In this document: one piece after another, positions 56,121 to 64,000 of the stretch
How the letters are laid out: each line of letters opens with the position of its first letter
How positions within the stretch are numbered: the first letter of the stretch is position 1
Source: Spirochaetia bacterium
GTDB lineage: Bacteria; Spirochaetota; Spirochaetia; SZUA-6; Bin103
Length of the DNA stretch: 64,000 bases
Assembly: GCA_965198005.1 (NCBI GenBank)
Contig: CBDAOI010000002.1
Span: 704,001-768,000 of the forward strand
Reading direction: 5' to 3'
Program-made: the position numbers and the translations under genes
Notes under the pieces: model-generated
What the model saw: the letters and a program-made list of their open reading frames with translations, nothing else
What the model was told of the DNA's origin: nothing
Databases searched by the model: none

Positions 56121-57920
56121 CTAATGCCCCATTTCTGCCTTCAGCTCACTGTCAATCCAGACCCGCGCGATGACGGTGAGGAAGTCCATACGTCCAAGCC
56201 AGATTTCACCGTTAAAACCGGCGAGCCACGGCTGGTGCGCCATGTAGCTTCCGGTTTTGGGACCCCATATCCACCAGTGGTTCTCCATGGTGTACATATC
56301 CACCTCTTTAGCCAGTTTCTGCCGCTCCTCTTCAGAAGCAGTGGCTTCGGCGGCTTCAATAAGCGAGTCCAACTCAGGGTACCTGATTCCGTGAAAGTCA
56401 TTCATACCGCTCGAGTGTACGGAGCCGCGTATATAAGACATAGGATTACCATTAGTGCCCAGAGGTTCCCACATCAGACCTTCCCAAGTACGGTCCCTTC
56501 GAGCAGCCTCAAAGGGGCCGGTATCCCATGGGTTGATCTCCACGTCGACGCCAATCTCAGCCCAGTAGGTCGCCGCTAGTTCACTGTAGCCTATACCCAG
56601 TGTAGCACTAATGTTCAGTGTGGTATCGAATCTGGCACCGTCCGCGCCGCGCGGATATCCGGCCTCATCCAGCATAGCTTCCGCCCCTGCCAGATCGTAC
56701 CGATAGCCCTTCTTGACCTCTTCCGGCCACTCTTCAAAGGGGGTGAAGTACTCGGTGATGCCTTCCCCCACTATCCCCTGAGGCTGCCACATCGACGTGC
56801 CCCTGTAGAAGTCGCGGTCAATGCCCTCGAGGTCGATTGCCATCTGCATCGCCTTGCGCACCCTGATGTCGTCAAAGGGCGGCTTGGACGCGTCCAGTGC
56901 AAAAGAGTTTGTCGAACGGCTCCACCACGGCTGCAGCACGATTTCGGGGTTGCTCTTCCGGATGCTGTCGAGTACTTCGACCGATGTGATGTTGGGCGGA
57001 CCGGTAGTGCTACCCATGAAGTCAATCTTGGCCGTGCGCAGTCCCGCCAGAATTGTTGCTTCCTCTTTGATGATAAGGCCCTGAATCTCGTCAATATAGG
57101 GCAGACGATTCCCCGGATACTTTTCATCGTCTTTCCAGTAATCAGGATTCCTCTGCAAGGTCATGGAGGTGCCCTCGGTCCAGTCGGTCAGCAGATAGGG
57201 ACCGGTACCGACCAGGTTCCTCCAGTCCTTCATGTCACCGTGCTCCTTGATGACGTCGGGGGGGTTTATGTAGGTGAGACCAATGCCGAGATACTGTCCA
57301 AGAGCTCCGCTGCTCGGCTCGGCCAGCTTGATAACGACCGTGTATCGGTCGCTGGCCGTTACCGACCCGCCCAGTGGTGGCCGCTCATACGTAAAGGGGC
57401 TCGGTCCGGCTTCGGCAAAGTCGCCCAAGCCTAGCTGGCGATGAAAGTTGAATACGACATCATCCGCGGTTAGCTCTCTCCCATTCATCGGTGCCTTGTC
57501 TTGCCAGTGCACGCCCTGGCGGATGTTGAAGATGATCGTGAGTGGGTCGGGGGTGTCCCAGCTCTCAGCCAGGTGCGGTACAAAGAGGGATGGAGGCATG
57601 TACCAGTGTCTGAACGCAAACACGTCCCTGTCTATTGCCCAGTCCATGATTCCGAGCTTCTCCGTGACACCGCTGGTGACCAGCCCTGGGAGATGACTGA
57701 CATGGGTGTCGGCATGCGGCGCCTCCAGCGACGTGGCATAGGTAAATGTCCCGCCATACTCCGGCGCGCTGACCATCTTGCCGGTGGACGGGTCGAGCAC
57801 CATTTCCTTCTCCATCGCCGCGGCCGGCTCCTCTTCTGCGGCGGCAGCCCCGAGGCCGGTTGCGGTCAGAACGAGACCGCACAGTACCGCGAGGCAGGTT
57901 CGAAACGTTACGTAATGCAT
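56121..57920 (-). CDS. ABC transporter substrate-binding protein, family 5 (copy C, no adjacent permeases)
   Basis: Signal peptide, PEYGGT, LAESW, GTGPY, PFDDIRVR. Confidence 0.93.
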   Translation of the reverse strand: MHYVTFRTCLAVLCGLVLTATGLGAAAAEEEPAAAMEKEMVLDPSTGKMVSAPEYGGTFTYATSLEAPHADTHVSHLPGLVTSGVTEKLGIMDWAIDRDVFAFRHWYMPPSLFVPHLAESWDTPDPLTIIFNIRQGVHWQDKAPMNGRELTADDVVFNFHRQLGLGDFAEAGPSPFTYERPPLGGSVTASDRYTVVIKLAEPSSGALGQYLGIGLTYINPPDVIKEHGDMKDWRNLVGTGPYLLTDWTEGTSMTLQRNPDYWKDDEKYPGNRLPYIDEIQGLIIKEEATILAGLRTAKIDFMGSTTGPPNITSVEVLDSIRKSNPEIVLQPWWSRSTNSFALDASKPPFDDIRVRKAMQMAIDLEGIDRDFYRGTSMWQPQGIVGEGITEYFTPFEEWPEEVKKGYRYDLAGAEAMLDEAGYPRGADGARFDTTLNISATLGIGYSELAATYWAEIGVDVEINPWDTGPFEAARRDRTWEGLMWEPLGTNGNPMSYIRGSVHSSGMNDFHGIRYPELDSLIEAAEATASEEERQKLAKEVDMYTMENHWWIWGPKTGSYMAHQPWLAGFNGEIWLGRMDFLTVIARVWIDSELKAEMGH

Positions 57921-58122
57921 CGATAACTCCTATCACTCGAGAGTACGAAGTTCACTGCCGGGCCCTCGCTTACTCTCGAGGTATGCCTGCAATCGCAGGC
58001 GGTCAGAAAGCGAGGGCGACACCCTGGGTCGTCCGGACGCGGCGGCTCGCCGCCCGGGCTCGATCGGCTTGGCTACGGCTTAGTCGTATCCGGTCTTGGG
58101 TTGCATCCCTGCCTCCTTTGGT
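57921..58122 (-). ncRNA. SBP leader, family 1, copy C (uORF MQPKTGYD at 58080-58106)
   Basis: Homology to the other copies; CTCGAGAGTA/TACTCTCGAG 10-bp stem. Confidence 0.75.
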
Positions 58123-58279
58123 CGACTTGGACACACCGACCGACACACCGACGGCGCGGCGGGCGTCGCGAGGTGGGTCACAACGCCACGTGACGTGGTG
58201 TCGAGGTATGGCGGTGGTGGGCTCGGCGAAGCCGCGGTTAGTGGTTCTTGATCGTCAGGTGTATCACAGAGTCCCTCCC

Positions 58280-58299
58280 GGGGGGGGGGGGGGGGGGGG
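58280..58299. repeat. Homopolymer G20
   Basis: Counted directly; the homologous position at 22149-22158 is G10. Confidence 0.85.
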
Positions 58300-58609
58300 C
58301 AGAAACGTACCACCGGCCGCTTCGAGGCTAACCAGTGGCTGTGCGGGTATGTGTCTTCATGCTGCATCATGCGCATCGGTCACGATCCCCAGGCAGTCAC
58401 CATAGCCCACGCCGCAACAGCCGTCAAGCGGGTGTCGTCAGGCACGTCAGGCACGTCAGGCATCAGCCGCATTGGTGAGGCTCGCACGGTGGTCACCCTA
58501 GCCGACGCTGCAACAGCGGTCAAGCGCGGCCAATGGCCTCCGCCGAGCGGCCGATGGCCAATGGTCGACGACAGCTCTGGAGTACACCTCGCTGGGCCAG
58601 GAAGAGGAA

Positions 58610-58790
58610 TCACGCCCAATCCAGAGGCCGGGTCAACGTGAGAACATTCCGCCTCCGGCTGACGAACAGGTCGAACCGGTCAAGTAGGTCCCGACCGAGC
58701 AACGACGGCACCCATCCGTCCGGATTCTTCTCCGCAACCGACAGCGCAACGCCGAAGGTATGCTCGCCGTCATCAACGGAACGCAGGACC
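58610..58790 (-). pseudogene. Retropepsin-like protease C-terminal remnant
   Basis: PSLLGRDLLDRFDL motif; the DTG-containing half is missing. Confidence 0.6.
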
Positions 58791-59066
58791 AACCAGGATC
58801 ATAATTCGAGGATTCTTCTCCAGGAGTGCGATGGCCGTCTGGGCCTCCGGAAACTGATGATTCTTCAGCTCCTGATAGATACCCTGGTAGGTGTCGCTGT
58901 GCAGCACCCCAAGGCTATGATGGAGCCCGACCCACTTGTCCGGGTACTGCTGGACGAGCTCGTCACGCCGGTCGCACATCATCTGGTTGGACTTCCGGAA
59001 GGCGGCGTCGTCCCGCCGGAATCGTTCGGCCTCCTCCGGAGTCATTCGTCTGGACGTTATCTCCAT
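58773..59066 (-). CDS. DUF5678-like small protein
   Basis: ELVQQYPDKWVGLH motif; lies upstream of the aspartyl protease remnant. Confidence 0.6.
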   Translation of the reverse strand: MEITSRRMTPEEAERFRRDDAAFRKSNQMMCDRRDELVQQYPDKWVGLHHSLGVLHSDTYQGIYQELKNHQFPEAQTAIALLEKNPRIMILVGPAFR

Positions 59067-59259
59067 GGGATCAGCTCCAACGGGCGGCTGTGTGGTGATG
59101 CCGCGACCGTGCACGGGGGTCGCCGGGTCGCGGCGACCCTCACGTTCAGTCTTGAAACATTACACTTGTCGCGCGACACGTCAATATCGTCAAAGATCGT
59201 CAACGGTTTTCGCCCGCAGCGGACGCCCGCCGCCAGCCGTTACGTAAACTTCCGAAGCA

Positions 59260-60165
59260 CTACACGGACCGGGCCTCTTGCGCGCCCAGACGGCCCGCTC
59301 CACCGATCAGCCGCGGGTCGAGCAGGTCGCGCACCGCGTCGCCGAGCATGTTCAGGCTGTACACGGTAACCGTCAACGCCAGGCCGGGCCAGAAGGCGAG
59401 GTGCGGCGCCGCCTCCATGTACTGGCGGCCCTCCCGGCTCAGCATTCCACCCCAGCTCGGAATCTCGATCGGCAGGCCGAAGCCAAGAAAGCTCAAGGCA
59501 GCTTCCGAGATGATCACGCCCCCGACGTTGATGCTGAATACCACGATTATCGGAGCCGCGATGTTGGGCAGCACGTGGCGGACAATTATCTTCCACTGCG
59601 AGGCGCCAATCGCCCGCGCGGACTGAAAATAGTCGTTCTCCTTGACATTGATGACAGCGCTCCTGAGCACGCGCGAGCCGACGATGCCGCCCGAGATGCC
59701 CAGGACCGCGATCAACTGCACCAACCCCTGGCCCACGATCGCTATGATGGTCAACAACAGCAGCAGCCCCGGGAACGACATCCACGCATCCACGAACCGC
59801 TGCACTACCAGGTCCAGCCTGCCACCGAGGAATCCCGAGGTGCCGCCGATCAGCACGGCGACCAGAACGTTGAGCGTGGTGGCTGCCAGACCCACCGTCA
59901 GGGAAACCCGGGCGCCGTGGATGATGCGGCTCAGGAGGTCCCGCCCCAGGTGGTCGGTACCGAGCGGATACTGGGCCGATGAGCCCCGCAACCGGTCGGG
60001 CAGGTGCCTCTCACCATAGGGGTAGGGAGCGATCACGTCAGCGAAGACGGCCACCAGAATCAGGATCACTACGGCAATGCCGCTGGCCGTTCCCAGCGGC
60101 TTCTCCTTGACCAGCCGGGTCAAGAACCGCGTGCGCCCGCTGCTTTGACTGCTTTGACCCACCAC
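59260..60165 (-). CDS. OppC/DppC-like permease
   Basis: [29 protein letters not shown]. Confidence 0.93.
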   Translation of the reverse strand: MVGQSSQSSGRTRFLTRLVKEKPLGTASGIAVVILILVAVFADVIAPYPYGERHLPDRLRGSSAQYPLGTDHLGRDLLSRIIHGARVSLTVGLAATTLNVLVAVLIGGTSGFLGGRLDLVVQRFVDAWMSFPGLLLLLTIIAIVGQGLVQLIAVLGISGGIVGSRVLRSAVINVKENDYFQSARAIGASQWKIIVRHVLPNIAAPIIVVFSINVGGVIISEAALSFLGFGLPIEIPSWGGMLSREGRQYMEAAPHLAFWPGLALTVTVYSLNMLGDAVRDLLDPRLIGGAGRLGAQEARSV

Positions 60166-60176
60166 TGTTTGACCGC

Positions 60177-61130
60177 CTACTGGTAGCGGACCCGGGGATC
60201 CAGGACCGCATAGACCAGGTCGATCATCAGGTTGATCCCCATCACCGCGCTGCCGAACACCAGGTTGATGCCGGCGACCACCGGGAAGTCTCGGTCGTTG
60301 AGAGCCACCAGCATCAGACGACCCAACCCGGGCAGGTTGAAGATGTTCTCGATGATGACCGCGCCACCCACCAGGATGGGCAACTGCAGGCCGATCATCG
60401 TAACCACCGGAATGAGGACGTTCTTGACCGCGTGCCGCACCACCACCACCCGTTCCTTCAGGCCCTTGGACCACGCCGTCCGGATGTAGTCCTGCCTCAG
60501 CACCTCCAGCATCATCGTGCGCGTCATCCGCATGGTAGCCGCAGCCAGGTAGGTCCCCAGAATCAGGCTGGGGATCAGGAACATGCCGAGATTCCCCAGC
60601 GGGTCTTCGCTGAACGTGATCAGCCGCATCGGCGGCGACCAGCCCCACCAGATGGCCGGGTAGATCATCACCATCAGGGCCAGCCAGAAGTTGGGCGTTG
60701 CCAAGCCCAGGATGGCGATGGAGCGGCCGGCGTAGTCGACCGCCGTATCCTGGCGAATCGCCGAGTAGATGCCGACCGGCAGGGCGATCGACAGCCCGAT
60801 TACGATGGACAGCACACCCAGCTCGATGGTGACCGGCAATCTACCGACAATCTTCTCCTCTACCAGCCAATCGCCCATCAGTGAGCGGCCAAGGCTGCCG
60901 TGCAGCAGGATATCTCCCAACCAGCGGCCGTACTGCACGTAGACCGGCTGGTCCAGTCCCAGCATCCGCTCGAGCGCTGCACGGTCCACCTGCCCCAGGC
61001 CTCCCAGCCTGCCTTGCATGACGTCGATCACATCGCCCGGGATGAAGCGGACCGAGAGAAAGACCAGGATGCTGAGGATGAACAGGGTGGGGATGACCAG
61101 CAACAACCGCCTGATGATGTGGGCTCTCAT
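60177..61130 (-). CDS. OppB/DppB-like permease
   Basis: MRAHIIRRLL, QDYIRTAWSKGL. Confidence 0.93.
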   Translation of the reverse strand: MRAHIIRRLLLVIPTLFILSILVFLSVRFIPGDVIDVMQGRLGGLGQVDRAALERMLGLDQPVYVQYGRWLGDILLHGSLGRSLMGDWLVEEKIVGRLPVTIELGVLSIVIGLSIALPVGIYSAIRQDTAVDYAGRSIAILGLATPNFWLALMVMIYPAIWWGWSPPMRLITFSEDPLGNLGMFLIPSLILGTYLAAATMRMTRTMMLEVLRQDYIRTAWSKGLKERVVVVRHAVKNVLIPVVTMIGLQLPILVGGAVIIENIFNLPGLGRLMLVALNDRDFPVVAGINLVFGSAVMGINLMIDLVYAVLDPRVRYQ

Positions 61131-61140
61131 GGTCCTCGCA

Positions 61141-61179
61141 CCCTCGGAGGGGGACAACCCCTTGTCCCCCTCCGGAGGG
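61141..61179. repeat. Stem-loop 3' of SBP (related copies at 52823-52851 and 56074-56104)
   Basis: CGGAGGGGGACAA / TTGTCCCCCTCCG inverted repeat. Confidence 0.78.
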
Positions 61180-61183
61180 AGAG

Positions 61184-62983
61184 CTAATTACCCATTTCCG
61201 CCTTCAGCTCACTGTCGATCCAGAGCCGCGCGAGGAGGGTGAGGCGGTCCATGAATCCAAGCCAGGTTTCACCGTTGAATCCGACGACCCAGGGCTGGTG
61301 CGACATGTACTTTCCAGCTTTGGGACCCCATATCCACCAGTGGTTCTCCATGGTGTACATATCCACCTCTTTGACCAGCCTTTGCCGTTCCTCTTCGGAC
61401 GTAGTGGCTTGGGCGGCGTCGAGAAGGGCGTCCAACTCAGGGTACCTGATTCCGTGTAAGTCCTCGTGGCTAGTCGAGTGTACCATCTGGCGTACAAAAC
61501 CCAACGGCTCAGTATTGTTGCCCATCGTGTGGAATATCAGACCTTCCCAAGTACGGTTGCTTCGAACAGCAGTAGCGGCAGCTCCATCCAATACGTTGAT
61601 CTGCACATCAACGCCAATCTCGGCCCAGTAGGTGGCAGCCAGTTCACTGAAACCCAAAGGAAACCGATACAGATGGTTCAACACGGTCTTGAATCGCGTG
61701 CCGTCCGCGCCGCGCGGATATCCGGCCTCATCCAGCAACGCTTCCGCCGCCGCCGGATCGTACCGATAGCCGTCCTTGACCTCGTCGGGCCACTCGTCGA
61801 AGGGAGTGAAATACCCGCTGACGCCCTCCCCTATTATGCCCTGAGGCTGCCAGGCTGAAGTGCCCTTGTAGACGCTGCGGTCGATGCCCTCGAGGTCTAT
61901 CGCCATCTGCATGGCCCGGCGCACCCGGACGTCGTCAAACGGAGGCTTGCTCGCGTCAATCGCATACGAGTTTTCCGAACGGTCCCACCACGCCTGCAGC
62001 ACGATTTCGGGGTTGCTCTTCTGCAGGCTCTCAAGCACCTCGACCGACGTGATGTCAGAGACACCAACGGGAAAGCCCAGGAAATCAATCTTGCCGGTGC
62101 GCAGTCCCGCCAGATAGGTGGCTTCTTCCAGGATGATAAGGCCCTGTATCTCGTCGATATAAGGCAGACGATTCCCCGGATACTTCTCGTCATCTTTCCA
62201 GTAGTCAGGATTCTTCCGGAAGGTAAAAGAGCTGCCGTCGGTCCAGTCAGTCAGCAGATAGGGACCGGTGCCGACCAGGTTCCTCCAGTCCTTCACGTCA
62301 CCGTGCTCCCGGATGACCTCGGGGGCGTTCATATAGGTGAGGCCGATGCCGAGATACTGTCCGAGCGCTGCGCTACTGGGCTCCGGCAGCTTGATAACGA
62401 CCGTGTATCGGTCGGTGGCCGTTACCGACTCGCCAGCGGGCCGCTGATACGTAAAGGGACTCGGTCCGGCTTCGGCGAACTCGCCCAGGCCCAGCAGGCG
62501 ATGGAAGTTGAAGACGACGTCATCAGCAGTAAACTCTCTCCCGTTCATCGGTGCCTTGTCTTGCCAGTTCACCCCTTTGCGGATGTTGAAGATGATCGTG
62601 AGCGGGTCGGGGGTGTCCCAGCTCTCAGCCAGATGCGGTCGGTAGACGGATAACGGTATGTACGTGTTTCGGAACGAAAACTCGTCCCTGTCCATTGCCC
62701 AGTCCATGATTCCCAGCTTCTCCGTGGTGGCGCCGGTGACCATTGCCTGGACATGGAGGAAATGGGTGTCAGCATTCACTGGAGCGACCCCGCCAGTGGC
62801 GTAGGTCAAGGTCCCGCCATACTCCGGAGCGCTGACCATCTCGCCGGTGGCCGGGTCGCGCACCATTTCCTTCTCCATCGCCGCGGCCGGCTCCTCTTCT
62901 GCGGCGGCAGCCCAGAGGCCGGTTGTGGTCAACACGAGACCGCACAGCACCGCGAGGCACGTTCGAAACGTTACGTAATGCAT
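61184..62983 (-). CDS. ABC transporter substrate-binding protein, family 5 (copy D)
   Basis: Signal peptide, PEYGGT, LAESW, GTGPY, PFDDVRVR; SD AGGAG. Confidence 0.93.
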   Translation of the reverse strand: MHYVTFRTCLAVLCGLVLTTTGLWAAAAEEEPAAAMEKEMVRDPATGEMVSAPEYGGTLTYATGGVAPVNADTHFLHVQAMVTGATTEKLGIMDWAMDRDEFSFRNTYIPLSVYRPHLAESWDTPDPLTIIFNIRKGVNWQDKAPMNGREFTADDVVFNFHRLLGLGEFAEAGPSPFTYQRPAGESVTATDRYTVVIKLPEPSSAALGQYLGIGLTYMNAPEVIREHGDVKDWRNLVGTGPYLLTDWTDGSSFTFRKNPDYWKDDEKYPGNRLPYIDEIQGLIILEEATYLAGLRTGKIDFLGFPVGVSDITSVEVLESLQKSNPEIVLQAWWDRSENSYAIDASKPPFDDVRVRRAMQMAIDLEGIDRSVYKGTSAWQPQGIIGEGVSGYFTPFDEWPDEVKDGYRYDPAAAEALLDEAGYPRGADGTRFKTVLNHLYRFPLGFSELAATYWAEIGVDVQINVLDGAAATAVRSNRTWEGLIFHTMGNNTEPLGFVRQMVHSTSHEDLHGIRYPELDALLDAAQATTSEEERQRLVKEVDMYTMENHWWIWGPKAGKYMSHQPWVVGFNGETWLGFMDRLTLLARLWIDSELKAEMGN

Positions 62984-63185
62984 TCGATAACTCCTCTCAC
63001 CCGAGAGTACGAAGTTCACTGCCGGCCCCTCGCCTACTCTCGAGGCATGCCTGCAATCGCAGGCGGTCAGAAAGCGAGGGCGACACCCTGGGTCGTCCCG
63101 ACGCGGCGGCTCGCCGCCCGGGCTCGATCGGCCTGGCTACGGCTTAGTCGTATCCGGTCTTGGGTTGCATCCCTTCCTCCTCTTG
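62984..63185 (-). ncRNA. SBP leader, family 1, copy D (uORF MQPKTGYD at 63144-63170)
   Basis: Homology to the other copies; SD AGGAGG. Confidence 0.75.
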
Positions 63186-63844
63186 CTTCTGTCTCGCTTT
63201 TGTCGATTCGGACGCATGGGCCGCACGGCGGGCGCCGCGACCTGGGTCACAGCGCCACGTGGAGCGGTGTCGAGATGTGACGGGGGGGGGGTACAGGAAG
63301 TCCAGCTGCGTCACCGCGATCCGGTGCCAGCGCTGGGAAGTATCATCACGTATCATCGTCCGCATGTTTCCAAGAACCCTGAGCATCGCACTGTGCCATG
63401 GCGCGACAAGCACGTCAAGTCACCGATTCGGTGGCCAGCAATTCTCGGTGAACGGCTGGTAGAGGGGCAGAGTGTCATAAGCTCAAGCCCTCCGTATGTG
63501 AAATGCGACCATGCCCCACCTGTTGGCCCACCGCGTGAATGCGCGACCCAATAATACCCATTCCTCCCGTGAAAGGCATGCACCGGACGGCCCGACCCGG
63601 CCCGACCCGGCCCGACCCGGCCGAACTTCTATAACTGATTGCAGGTGAAGTAGTTAGCCACCGTCATGCAGCCCCGTGCGATGACCTGACCACCGTCAGC
63701 CACCGCCGCTCGGCCGATGCCGCGGGCTGGCGCGGTGCCGCGATCGGCCCTTCGGGGCCGGTTGCCCGCGCGCCGCCGGCACACCTGCGCCGCAGCCCCA
63801 GTCAGGGATCGTTCAGGGAGCAGGTTCAGTTCCCCAGGGAGCGG

Positions 63845-64000
63845 CTACCCGGACAGCGGCTGCGGCGGCGAGTTCATCCGCACCAGCACCTGGTCCCACG
63901 ACGGGATCAGGAATAGCCGGAACGTGGCACGCACCGCGCCCCAGAACTCCCGGCGCGACCCGAACCCAGCCCGCACCTGCTGATACAGACCGTCCACCAG
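63845..64000 (-). mobile_element. 3' end of a second ISNCY-like transposase copy (partial)
   Basis: LVDGLYQQVRAGFGSRREFWGAVRATFRLF...NSPPQPLSG*, nearly identical to 32446-32601. Confidence 0.9.

Noticed and set aside
58396-58526. Two 35-bp imperfect direct repeats with a 61-bp spacer as a mini-CRISPR
   Set aside because: Only two degenerate copies, the spacer is itself repetitive, and there are no cas genes.
52857-62983. Diversity-generating retroelement acting on SBP C-termini
   Set aside because: No reverse transcriptase or non-coding template repeat in the window; differences are not adenine-restricted.

Overview
GC-rich bacterial chromosomal window. Cys-less 'TGLWA-AGAEEEPAAA' solute-binding-protein (SBP) signal peptides and mevalonate genes suggest a Spirochaetaceae-like, possibly host-associated organism (inference). 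Contents: start of a mevalonate operon (HMG-CoA synthase, type 2 IPP isomerase) beside a membrane LytTR regulator; a type III-like R-M locus with a broken methylase and an ABC-ATPase/TOPRIM gene embedded between mod and res; gltBD; six full-length family-5 (Opp/Dpp-like) SBP genes (one frameshifted) plus one truncated SBP and their permeases, but no ABC ATPase subunits; oxidoreductases; TA modules; and IS remnants (IS1595, IS110, IS21, IS5, ISAzo13, ISNCY-like). Many genes carry clean internal deletions or 7-20 bp micro-duplications. Main finding: all six full-length SBP genes are preceded by a conserved non-coding leader, in two related families. Each has a strong SD, a tiny uORF (MQPKTGYD* x4; MTLKEP* / MILKEPHARAV*), hairpins with compensatory base changes and mutually exclusive pairings. 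This is a candidate undescribed leader-peptide attenuator/riboswitch governing an expanded transporter family. Everything was read by eye; no searches or folding programs were run.
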